A stretch of 59,335 nucleotides of DNA, taken from positions 1 through 59,335 of the forward strand of contig JANXXJ010000063.1 of assembly GCA_025350665.1 (NCBI GenBank), read 5' to 3'. The notes beneath the pieces were generated by a model. That model saw nothing but the letters and a program-made list of their open reading frames with translations. It was not told the DNA's origin and made no database searches. This DNA is from Gemmatimonadota bacterium (lineage in GTDB: Bacteria; Gemmatimonadota; Gemmatimonadetes; Gemmatimonadales; GWC2-71-9). Within the stretch, counting starts at the first letter, position 1. Each line of letters opens with the position of its first letter. Position numbers and translations under genes: made by a program. Below, piece by piece: positions 40,756-49,606 of this stretch.

Positions 40756-42378
40756 TCAGGGCACCGGCCCCTCGCTGAAGAATCGCGGGCCGGCGCCGCG
40801 CCACACCGGCCGGCCCGGCGCATTCGCCACCGCATAACCGATCCGCAGATTGGCCTCGCCGTAGACCACCGCCGCCTGCCAGTCGATGCCCTGGTCAAAC
40901 CGGTCCCGCGGCGTATGATGGACCCGGCCGAACCAAGCCCGCTGAGCCTCGACCCCGGTCTGGGCGCCGTGACCGCTCATCTTCCCCGGGAACAGCATGA
41001 CGCCTGGCACGCCAACCCGCATGAAACTGTAGTGATCACTCCGGGTGAAGATGGTCATCCAGGGCAGAGCATCCTCGCTGAGTTTGAGCCCAAGGCCCCG
41101 GATCGCGCCGCCGACGACGTCATCGAGACTCGAGTACTTCGCTCCATACGCCACCAAGTCCTGCACCGGGTTGGTGAAGACGAAGTTGTCGAGGTTGATG
41201 TCGGCCACAATCCGCCCGATCGGTACCGGAGGATGGTGGGCGAAGTAGTCCGAGCCGAGGATGCCCTTCTCCTCCCCGGTCACCGCCAGAAAAATGATCG
41301 ACCGTCTCGGCCGAGGCCCGGTGGCAAACGCCCGGGCAACGGCCATCATCGTCGCGGTGCCGCCGGCGTTGTCGATCGCGCCGTGGTAGACGCTGTCGCC
41401 GTCCACGGGGTCCCCGATGCCGACATGGTCGAGATGGGCGCTGTAGACGACGTATTCCTGCTTGAGACGAGGGTCGCTGCCCTCGAGGACGGCGGCGGCG
41501 TTGGAAACGGTGACCGGCCGATGCCGGAACCGGGCCTTGAAACGCAGACTGGCATTCATCGGAAAAGAGACCGGCCCTTTGGCAAGGTCCCGGGCGACGT
41601 CTTCGAATTTCCGTCCCGCCGCCTCGAAGAGGGCCGCGGTGCCCCGATCGGCGAATCGGAGCACGGCGCCGGTCTCGAAGAACGGGGAATGAGCCCGCCC
41701 CGCATCGTCGAGCCATCCCAACCCCTCGAGCTGGCCGAGGCTCCGGCTGAGCGCCGGCCCCGGGACCGGCATCAGCGTGACCACGCCGACGGCGCCGTGC
41801 TCGAGCGCATTCCGTTCCTTGGCCGCCAGCGAGGCGAAATGACCCCGTTCGTCCGGTGCCAGTGAGGGCGGGCCGCCGAAGACCATGACCGCGAATTTGC
41901 CGCGCACATCGATGCCCTGGTAGTCGTCGTACGCCAGGGCCGGCGCGGTCACACCCCAGCCGACGAACACGGCCTCCCCCGCCAGATCCACCGAGTCCCG
42001 CCCCTTGTCGGCATGAACCAGGAAGTCCACGTTGAGTTCAAGGACACGCGACCCCGACCGAGTGACGAGCTCGAGCACGACACCGGCCGGATCGAGCTCC
42101 GACCGGCGAAGCGGCACCGGCAGCAGTCGCGACGAATCGGCGCCCAACGGCTTCAAGCCAAGGGCCTCGAACTCGGCCGCTACGTAGCGAGCGGCGATTT
42201 CCGCCCCTCGTTGGCCGGTCTCCCGCCCTTCGAGGTACCGGTCAGCCAGAAATCGGATGTGACTGGCGATCCACTCCGGCCGGATCCGGCTGGCTGGCGG
42301 CGCGGCGCGCTTCGGTCCAGACTGGGCGGAGACCGTCGACGCGACCATCACCGTCACGGTCAGGGCAAGTCGGGTCAT
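40756..42378 (-). CDS. M28-family peptidase with PA domain, secreted
   Basis: SAHLDH, GAIDNAGG, GEEKG, NLD, RSDH, HHTPRD. Confidence 0.92.
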   Translation of the reverse strand: MTRLALTVTVMVASTVSAQSGPKRAAPPASRIRPEWIASHIRFLADRYLEGRETGQRGAEIAARYVAAEFEALGLKPLGADSSRLLPVPLRRSELDPAGVVLELVTRSGSRVLELNVDFLVHADKGRDSVDLAGEAVFVGWGVTAPALAYDDYQGIDVRGKFAVMVFGGPPSLAPDERGHFASLAAKERNALEHGAVGVVTLMPVPGPALSRSLGQLEGLGWLDDAGRAHSPFFETGAVLRFADRGTAALFEAAGRKFEDVARDLAKGPVSFPMNASLRFKARFRHRPVTVSNAAAVLEGSDPRLKQEYVVYSAHLDHVGIGDPVDGDSVYHGAIDNAGGTATMMAVARAFATGPRPRRSIIFLAVTGEEKGILGSDYFAHHPPVPIGRIVADINLDNFVFTNPVQDLVAYGAKYSSLDDVVGGAIRGLGLKLSEDALPWMTIFTRSDHYSFMRVGVPGVMLFPGKMSGHGAQTGVEAQRAWFGRVHHTPRDRFDQGIDWQAAVVYGEANLRIGYAVANAPGRPVWRGAGPRFFSEGPVP

Positions 42379-42440
42379 GGCTGCCTCGGCTCGGATACCA
42401 CGGGTAACAGCAGACGCGAGGCGGTGCCGGGCCGCGGCTC

Positions 42441-45400
42441 CTACTGCGGCGACCCCGGCCGCTTCGAACGGATCGGGAACGGCGGTTCCGGCTTGAGAAT
42501 CACCGGCTTCTCCTTGAGCAGCCGCAGCGCCTCTTCGACCGCACGCTCGAGCTGGGGCTCCCGCCCGGCGGCGACGTCCTTGGGCAGCATGTCGACCGCA
42601 ATGTCGGGCGCCACACCCTCGTTCTCGACCGCCCACTTGCCGTTCACGTCGAAGAACCCGCCCCGCGGCGCCAGCATCGCCCCGCCGTCGATCAGCGGCG
42701 GCGTGTCCCAGATCCCGACCAGCCCGCCCCAGGTCTTGGTGCCGATCAGCGGACCGATCTTCATCTGCTTGAACATGAACGGCAGCATGTCGCCACCGGA
42801 CCCCGAGCTCTCGTTGATCAGCATCACCTTGGGGCCCCAGATCCCGGCCTCCGGAGTCGTGAACGGCTGGCGGTTGCCGACCGGATTGTTGAAGTAGCCC
42901 TGGAGCGGCCGGCTCAGCAATTCCACGATGTAGTCGGCCGCCGACCCGCCGCCGTTGAACCGTTCGTCGATCACCGCGCCCGGCCGGTCCTGCTGGGCGA
43001 AGTAGTACCGGTTGAAGAAGGTGTAGCCGGCGGTCGACGTGTTAGGCAGATAGACGTACGCCAGCTTCCCGCCAGACAACTTGTCGACCAGCCGGCGGTT
43101 CGCCTCGACCCAGTCGAAGGTCCGCAAGCCGGCTTCGCTCGCGACCGGCACCACGGTCACCCGGCGAGCCCCGTCGAGCACGGGCTTGGCGTTGACCGAA
43201 ATCGTGATCTGGCGCTCGGCCGTACCCTCGAGCAGCCGGTCGAGATTGTCCCGGGCCGTCAGTTCGACGCCGTTCACCGCCACCAGGTAGTCCCCCACTT
43301 GGACGTCGATCCCCGGCGCCGACAACGGGGCGTGGAGCCCCGGGTTCCAGCTTTCACCGGTCAGGATCTTCGCGATCCGGTACCGTCCCTCCGCGATCTC
43401 GTAGTCGGCGCCCAGCAGGCCGGCCTTGGCGCTCGCCACCGGAGGCAGGTCACCGGGGAAGACGAAGGAGTGACCGACCGCGACTTCGCCGCCCAGCATG
43501 TCCTGCAGGAACACCAGGTCCGACCGGTGCCGTACGTGGGCCAGCATCGGGGCGTACATCGCCTTGGTCTTGACGTAGTCCGCGCCGTGCATGTTCGGCA
43601 CGTAGAGGAAATCCCGCTGGAACCGCCACCCCTCGTCGAACATCTGCTTGAATTCAGTCTTGGGATCCACCAGCATCCGGACCGACGCGAGGCTGACCGT
43701 CCCGGCTCCGGCCGCGGGTGGTGCGGCGTCCCCGTCCACGATCTGCCAGGCCGGACCCGACTGGACCAACAGCTTCTTCCCGTCCGCCGAGACTCTGAAG
43801 CTGGTGACCCCGGTGGTGAACGGCACGGCCTTCCGGGTCTTGAGCTGGTAACGATGGAGGGTGCTCCCCCCGCGCATCGGGGCGGTCCCGGTTTGCGGGA
43901 TCGACTCGAGGAAGAAAAACGTGCCCGCCGACCCGGACCGGAGCATCTGGTAGTCCCGCGCCGCGGCGTCGGTCGCCACGATCCGGCCGGAGAGGCCGTC
44001 AAAATCGATCACCACCGGCTTGACCGTGGAGGTGTCCTTCTTTTCGGCAGGCTTCGCGGGGTCGATCACCGGCTCGTCGTCGCTCTCCGGCAGCAGCGGA
44101 GACGGGTCGCCTTTCTTGAGCACGGCGAGATAGAGCGATCGCGTCACCTCGCGGCCCATTGACTGCATCTCGAGCCACCCGGTGTTGAGACCCAGGTCGG
44201 TCGAGGCGAGGAAGGCGAGATACTTGCCAGACTGGTCCCATGCCGGCCAGACCGCGTCCGCCATGCCGTCCGTCGCCTGATGGACCTTCCCGAGCGCCAC
44301 ATCATAGACGTAGATCGCGTGCAGCTGGGTCGGCAGACGCTTGGCGTACGCGATCCACTTCGAGTCCGGACTCCAGACCGGGTTCATCGACCGCTGCGGC
44401 ACCATCCACTGGTCGGTGTCGGCCTGGGTGGCCTTGCCCGTCGCCACGTCGACGATCCACAGGTTGAGCCCCGTGTCGGTAAACAGGATCTTCTTCGAAT
44501 CCGGCGACCAGGCCGGCGTATAGTAGAACGTCGGCTTCGGCAGCTCGATCTCGCGGGGCGCGGTAGCCCCGTCCGCGGGCGCGATGACCAGGCGGTATTC
44601 CCCGCTCTGATCGCTGAACCACGAGATCGACTTCCCGTCCGGCGACCAGACCGGGTTCCGGTCCGCCGCCCCGGGTGAGTTGGTCAGATTCCGCCAATCG
44701 CCCTTCTCGGCGGGAACGGAGAAGATCTCACCCCGGGCCTCGAATAGCGCCCGCTTGCCCGTCGGCGAGAGCGCCGCGTTGAACACCAGGTCCGCCACCG
44801 GCTTCCACGAGGGCTCCATCCAGGGGAAGTCGCCCCGCACAGTGACGTTGACGGCCTGCGCCTTGCCCGCCTTGGGATCGAACAGGTGGATCCGGCCGCC
44901 CTGCTCGTACACCAGCACGCCGCCCCCGGCCGATAGCGACTTGATATCGTAGTCGGTGAACCGGGTGACCTGGGTGGTCTGCTTCGTTCTGGTGTCGTAG
45001 GCCCAGATGTTCATCAGGAAATCGCGGTCCGACAGGAAGTAGACGGTCTCGCCGATCCACGATGGCGACAGGTCCCGGCTCCCCGACCACGACGGGCTCT
45101 CCACCTCCAGATTGTCCATCCGGGCAATCCAGATTGGCCGGCTCTGCCCGCCACGGTAGTTCCGCCATTCCGGATCCCAGAAATTGGGCATGACGTAGGC
45201 GAACTTCTTTCCGTCGGCACTGTACTGGCCATCCGATCCCCTCGGAATCGCCAGAGGGACTTCGGCCCCGCCCTCGACGGACACGGTCCAGAACTTGGTG
45301 ATGTTGCCGGGTCCGGAGGTCCGCGACGAGGTGAACACCACTGAGCGGCCGTCCGGCGTCCAGCCGGTCACGTCGCCGCCGGCCGGGTGCCAGGTCAGGC

Positions 45401-45695
45401 GGCGCGCCTCGCCGCCCTCGACCGGCACCACATACACCGAGCCATGCCCCCCGTACTGACCCGTAAAGGCGACCCACGTCCCGTCGGGCGAGAGTTTCGG
45501 ATCCGAGGTCTGCCCCCCGTAGCTGGTGATCCGGCGAGCATCGCCGCCGGCCCGGTCCACGACCCAGATGTTGTTGGCGTAGGCAAACGCGATGTTCTTC
45601 TCGCTCACCGACGGCTGCCGGAGCAGCAACGTCTGGCCGGACACGGTCGCGGTGGCCGTCGCGAGAAGGGCGAGCGCAACGTACTGGATTCGCAT
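42441..45695 (-). CDS. Tricorn protease homologue (S41), secreted
   Basis: Signal peptide, WSPD propeller repeats, PDZ-like region, DERFNGGG, SGSGGD, TWGG. Confidence 0.95.
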   Translation of the reverse strand: MRIQYVALALLATATATVSGQTLLLRQPSVSEKNIAFAYANNIWVVDRAGGDARRITSYGGQTSDPKLSPDGTWVAFTGQYGGHGSVYVVPVEGGEARRLTWHPAGGDVTGWTPDGRSVVFTSSRTSGPGNITKFWTVSVEGGAEVPLAIPRGSDGQYSADGKKFAYVMPNFWDPEWRNYRGGQSRPIWIARMDNLEVESPSWSGSRDLSPSWIGETVYFLSDRDFLMNIWAYDTRTKQTTQVTRFTDYDIKSLSAGGGVLVYEQGGRIHLFDPKAGKAQAVNVTVRGDFPWMEPSWKPVADLVFNAALSPTGKRALFEARGEIFSVPAEKGDWRNLTNSPGAADRNPVWSPDGKSISWFSDQSGEYRLVIAPADGATAPREIELPKPTFYYTPAWSPDSKKILFTDTGLNLWIVDVATGKATQADTDQWMVPQRSMNPVWSPDSKWIAYAKRLPTQLHAIYVYDVALGKVHQATDGMADAVWPAWDQSGKYLAFLASTDLGLNTGWLEMQSMGREVTRSLYLAVLKKGDPSPLLPESDDEPVIDPAKPAEKKDTSTVKPVVIDFDGLSGRIVATDAAARDYQMLRSGSAGTFFFLESIPQTGTAPMRGGSTLHRYQLKTRKAVPFTTGVTSFRVSADGKKLLVQSGPAWQIVDGDAAPPAAGAGTVSLASVRMLVDPKTEFKQMFDEGWRFQRDFLYVPNMHGADYVKTKAMYAPMLAHVRHRSDLVFLQDMLGGEVAVGHSFVFPGDLPPVASAKAGLLGADYEIAEGRYRIAKILTGESWNPGLHAPLSAPGIDVQVGDYLVAVNGVELTARDNLDRLLEGTAERQITISVNAKPVLDGARRVTVVPVASEAGLRTFDWVEANRRLVDKLSGGKLAYVYLPNTSTAGYTFFNRYYFAQQDRPGAVIDERFNGGGSAADYIVELLSRPLQGYFNNPVGNRQPFTTPEAGIWGPKVMLINESSGSGGDMLPFMFKQMKIGPLIGTKTWGGLVGIWDTPPLIDGGAMLAPRGGFFDVNGKWAVENEGVAPDIAVDMLPKDVAAGREPQLERAVEEALRLLKEKPVILKPEPPFPIRSKRPGSPQ

Positions 45696-45698
45696 GGG

Positions 45699-46811
45699 TC
45701 AGTCCTGGCTGAACTTGATGAGGGTGTCGTTGTCCGCGTGCCGGCGCATCAGGCCGAGCAGCATTTCCATCGCGGCGGCCGGAGGCTGCCGGTCAATCTG
45801 GCGTCGGAGCTTCTGGGTGGCGGCCAGCGCCCCTGGACTCAGGAGCAGCTCCTCCTTCCTGGTCCCACTGCCCACCAGGTCGATCGCCGGAAAGATCCGG
45901 CGGTCGGCGAGGTCGCGGTTCAGCACCAGTTCGCTGTTGCCCGTTCCCTTGAACTCTTCGTAGATCAGCTGATCCATCTTGCTGCCGGTGTCGATCAGCG
46001 CCGTGGCGATGATGGTGAGCGACCCGCCGCCCATCTTGGGGTCGACTTTCCGGGCGCTCCCGAAGAACCGCTTCGGATGCTCCAGGGATTCCGCCCCCAC
46101 GCCACCCGACAGCGTGCGGCCACTCCCCTTCACCACCGAATTGTAGGCCCGGGCCAGCCGGGTGAGCGAATCGACGATCAGGACCACGTCCTCGCCCTGC
46201 TCCACCCGCCGGCGGGCTCGTTCCAGCAGGAGTTCGGCGCAGGCCACATGGCGGGCCGGCGGATGATCGAACGTGGAAGCGATCACCTCGCCGAATCCCG
46301 CGGCCTCGATCTCGAAGACCTCCTCGGGCCGCTCGTCGACCAGCAGGATGAACAGGGCCGCGGCCGGCTGGTTGACGCTGATCCCCTCGGCAATGGCCTG
46401 GAGCACCATCGTCTTGCCGGCCTTGGCCGGGGCCACGATCAACGCGCGCTGTCCCTTGCCGAACGGGCACATGAGGTCGATGACCCGCGTGGTGTAGTCC
46501 GGTTGTCCTCGCCGGACCAGACGACATTCCAGTTTGAGCGCTTCGTTCGGATGGATCGCGGTCAGGCGGTCGAACGCGGGACGCTCCCGGATCGACTCCA
46601 GCGCGCGGCCGTTCACCTTGAGGATCCGGCCCAGCGAAGGCCGGCCCCCCGGCTTGGGCTCGGCCTCAATCTCATCTCCCGGCCGAAGGCCCAGCTGGCC
46701 AATCAGGTTGCCAGGCACCTGGATGTCGCGCTGATCCGGCTGGTACGCGTTCTCACGCCGACGGAGCACTCCGTTGTTGCGGCCGGTCAGCTCGAGAATC
46801 CCTTGAATCAT
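45699..46811 (-). CDS. rho: Short atypical transcription termination factor Rho homologue (370 aa)
   Basis: [44 protein letters not shown]; begins at the OB fold; GAGGA SD upstream. Confidence 0.9.
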   Translation of the reverse strand: MIQGILELTGRNNGVLRRRENAYQPDQRDIQVPGNLIGQLGLRPGDEIEAEPKPGGRPSLGRILKVNGRALESIRERPAFDRLTAIHPNEALKLECRLVRRGQPDYTTRVIDLMCPFGKGQRALIVAPAKAGKTMVLQAIAEGISVNQPAAALFILLVDERPEEVFEIEAAGFGEVIASTFDHPPARHVACAELLLERARRRVEQGEDVVLIVDSLTRLARAYNSVVKGSGRTLSGGVGAESLEHPKRFFGSARKVDPKMGGGSLTIIATALIDTGSKMDQLIYEEFKGTGNSELVLNRDLADRRIFPAIDLVGSGTRKEELLLSPGALAATQKLRRQIDRQPPAAAMEMLLGLMRRHADNDTLIKFSQD

Positions 46812-46973
46812 GCATCCTCATTCGACACGAGAACGGCGCGGCCCTGCCGCCGAACGGCGGCCAGGGAGCGCCTGAACCTGAAGATTACTGGTCCGATAAT
46901 ACCCGGACTGGGCGAAAAGGCCCATGCGGCGGGGCTTTACCCTCGTCCCGGCGGGCACTACCCTTGGCTCGCC

Positions 46974-48161
46974 ATGCCCACTCCACTTCGCGTTGCCGTC
47001 ATCGGCGCCGGCCGCTGGTCCGCCTCGGCCCACCTCCCCGGATTCTACCGGTCCCAGCTCTCGGAAATCGCGGTCATCTGCGACCTCGATCGCGAACTGG
47101 CCCTGAAACGAGCCGCCCAGTTCGGCGATCCCGAGGTGACGACCGATTACCGGACCATTCTGGCCCGGCCCGACATCGACATCATCGACATCGTCACCCG
47201 TGGCGATCACCAGGACCTGGTCTTCGAAGTCCTCGAGGCCGGCAAGCACTGTCTGGTCGAAAAACCGGTCTGTCACGACTATCGCGACGTCTGGCGAGCC
47301 CATCGACTGGCGGAATCCAAAGGCCTCAAGACCAAAGTCGGGCTCACCTTCCGGTATGCCCCGGCGATGATGTACGCCTTCGACCTGATCCGGCAGGGCT
47401 TCATCGGGGAGCCGTTCATTTTCAACGGCTACGAGCAGAACTCCCAGTGGCTCGACCCCGACAATCCAATGGACAAACGGATTCACAAGGCCAAACCGGT
47501 CAACGAGAAGCCCTGGGGGGTCGATCCGTCCCGCGAGGGGATCACGGTGTCCTCGCTCGAGGGTTATGGCGCCCCCACCATCGACATCGGCCTCGAAATG
47601 GTCGGCAGCGACCTCTCCCGCGTGATCGGCATCCTCGCCAACATGGTCAAGCACCGCCGCCGCACCAACCTCGACACCGCGCGGGAACGAATCAACATCG
47701 ACGACGCCGACATGTTCATGGGCGAGGCGGCCAATGGGGCCCTCTACTCGATGCAGTCGAGCTACGTGGCGGTGGGAAACTATCCGGGCATCGAAGCCAG
47801 GATCTCCGGATCGAAGGGCGCCATCAAAGTCCGGCTGGTCGAGGAGTTCGGCGTGATCCAGACGATCCACACCGCCACCGCCGAGAAGGTGGAGTTTGTT
47901 CAGCAGGAAATCCCGGCCCACTATTTTCCCCCGGGTTTCCGGACCGACGACCCGTGGAGCACGGCGTTCTACGGCAACCTGGTTCACAATTTCTGCCAGG
48001 AGATCGTGGCCGGCGGAGCCGAGAACCAGGGCAACTTCGCCCAGAGCGCCCGGGTTCAGGAGATCATCAACGGCGTCGCACTGTCCCACCGCGAACGCCG
48101 CTGGATCGACCTCCCGCTCGACACCACGCGGGACATTACCATTCAATCGAGCCCGTTCTGA
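46974..48161 (+). CDS. Gfo/Idh/MocA-family oxidoreductase
   Basis: VAVIGAG, AGKHCLVEKP, FRYAP. Confidence 0.88.
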   Translation: MPTPLRVAVIGAGRWSASAHLPGFYRSQLSEIAVICDLDRELALKRAAQFGDPEVTTDYRTILARPDIDIIDIVTRGDHQDLVFEVLEAGKHCLVEKPVCHDYRDVWRAHRLAESKGLKTKVGLTFRYAPAMMYAFDLIRQGFIGEPFIFNGYEQNSQWLDPDNPMDKRIHKAKPVNEKPWGVDPSREGITVSSLEGYGAPTIDIGLEMVGSDLSRVIGILANMVKHRRRTNLDTARERINIDDADMFMGEAANGALYSMQSSYVAVGNYPGIEARISGSKGAIKVRLVEEFGVIQTIHTATAEKVEFVQQEIPAHYFPPGFRTDDPWSTAFYGNLVHNFCQEIVAGGAENQGNFAQSARVQEIINGVALSHRERRWIDLPLDTTRDITIQSSPF

Positions 48162-48199
48162 CTATCCGGGGAGCGAGCCCCCATGACTGTTGATGGAAG

Positions 48200-49606
48200 G
48201 TGAGCCCTGACAACGGCATGACCCCGCCAGCCCGACCGATCGATCGGCCCCTCGCCGAAGCGCTCGCCTCCCAGGCGATCGACCTGGGTGAATGGATCGG
48301 TGAAGGAGCGACCGCGATCGTCTATCGGGCCTCCGACCGGAAGCACGACCGGTCGCTGGCCGTCAAGGTCCTGCGGGATGCGGTCCCCACGGAGTTCGGG
48401 GCGGCCCGGTTCGCCAACGAAATCAAAATCAGCGCCCGCCTGCGGCACCCCGGCATCCTCCCCCTGATCGATTCGGGCCAGACCGCCGACGGCCGGGTCT
48501 ACTACCTGATGCCCTTCGCGGAAGGCGAGACCCTGGGGGCCCGGCTCGCCCGCGGGCCGCTGCCACTCAATGAGGCGATCCGGATGGCGGGGGAGCTGGC
48601 CGAGGCGCTCGCGTTTGCCCATCAGGCCGGGTATGTCCACCGGGACGTCAAGCCCGATAACATCATGATCGAGGCCGGCCGGGCCGTGCTGGCCGATTTC
48701 GGGCTGGCCCGCCGGATCGTGGCGACCAGCGTCGGACCCGGCTACCGGACGGAGCCCGGAATCGCGGTCGGCACGCCCGCGTACATGAGCCCCGAACAGC
48801 TGGCCGGCGAGGAACCGCTCGACGGTCGTTCGGATGTCTACGCGCTCGGCGTGGTTCTGTGCGAAATGATCACCGGGCGGTCGCCGTTCGCGGCCACCAA
48901 TACCCTCCGCATGATGACGGCCCGGTTCGATCCCAACAACTCGCTCAGCGAGATCCTCGCGCCGATCCCCGACCCCCTGAAACCCATCCTCCGAAGTGCC
49001 CTCGCCGTCGATCCCGCCCGGCGACCGACCGCCGACGAGTTCGTGGCGGCGCTGCGCCAGGTCGAATCGGGCGCCCGGCCCGGTGTTCCCACCCGGCCGG
49101 GTCGGCGCTGGCTCGGCGTCGGCATGGTGGCCCTGGCCCTCGGCGCCGGAGCCTGGTGGTCGCTCCGAGGCGTCACGACCCTCGATCCCCGGCGCGTTCT
49201 CGTGGCCGACTTCGCCAACGAAACCAATGACCCGTCCCTCGATCGGATCGGGCCGATCGCCGGCGACTGGATTTCGGCGGCCCTGGCCCCGATGTCGCGG
49301 CTCTCGATCCTGAACGGGGCCTTCATCCTCGGCGCCCCGCGGCGAACGGTGGGTCAGAACGAAGCCGCCACGTCGATCAGCCGGCTCCGGGTCGTGGCAG
49401 ACTCGAGCGGGGCCGGCACGGTCATCACGGGTTCCATTTACGGCACGCCGAGCCGTCTGGAACTGTTCGCCGAGGTCCTCGACGCCCGGAACGGACGCCT
49501 GCTTGGCGCCATGGGGCCGTTGACCGGCCGGGTGGGCGCACTCGACTCGCTGATGACCGAGCTGCGAAACCGGATCACCCCGATCGTCGCGTCACGGATC
49601 CCATGA
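48200..49606 (+). CDS. Ser/Thr protein kinase with TM helix and short extracytoplasmic domain
   Basis: GEGATAIVY, HRDVKPDN, DFG, GTPAYMSPE; RVLVADFANET; alternative start ATG 48218. Confidence 0.9.
   Translation: MSPDNGMTPPARPIDRPLAEALASQAIDLGEWIGEGATAIVYRASDRKHDRSLAVKVLRDAVPTEFGAARFANEIKISARLRHPGILPLIDSGQTADGRVYYLMPFAEGETLGARLARGPLPLNEAIRMAGELAEALAFAHQAGYVHRDVKPDNIMIEAGRAVLADFGLARRIVATSVGPGYRTEPGIAVGTPAYMSPEQLAGEEPLDGRSDVYALGVVLCEMITGRSPFAATNTLRMMTARFDPNNSLSEILAPIPDPLKPILRSALAVDPARRPTADEFVAALRQVESGARPGVPTRPGRRWLGVGMVALALGAGAWWSLRGVTTLDPRRVLVADFANETNDPSLDRIGPIAGDWISAALAPMSRLSILNGAFILGAPRRTVGQNEAATSISRLRVVADSSGAGTVITGSIYGTPSRLELFAEVLDARNGRLLGAMGPLTGRVGALDSLMTELRNRITPIVASRIP

Noticed and set aside
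42441-46811. Rho ring acting as the ATPase feeder of the tricorn protease
   Set aside because: The tricorn homologue has a signal peptide and would be exported, whereas Rho is cytoplasmic.
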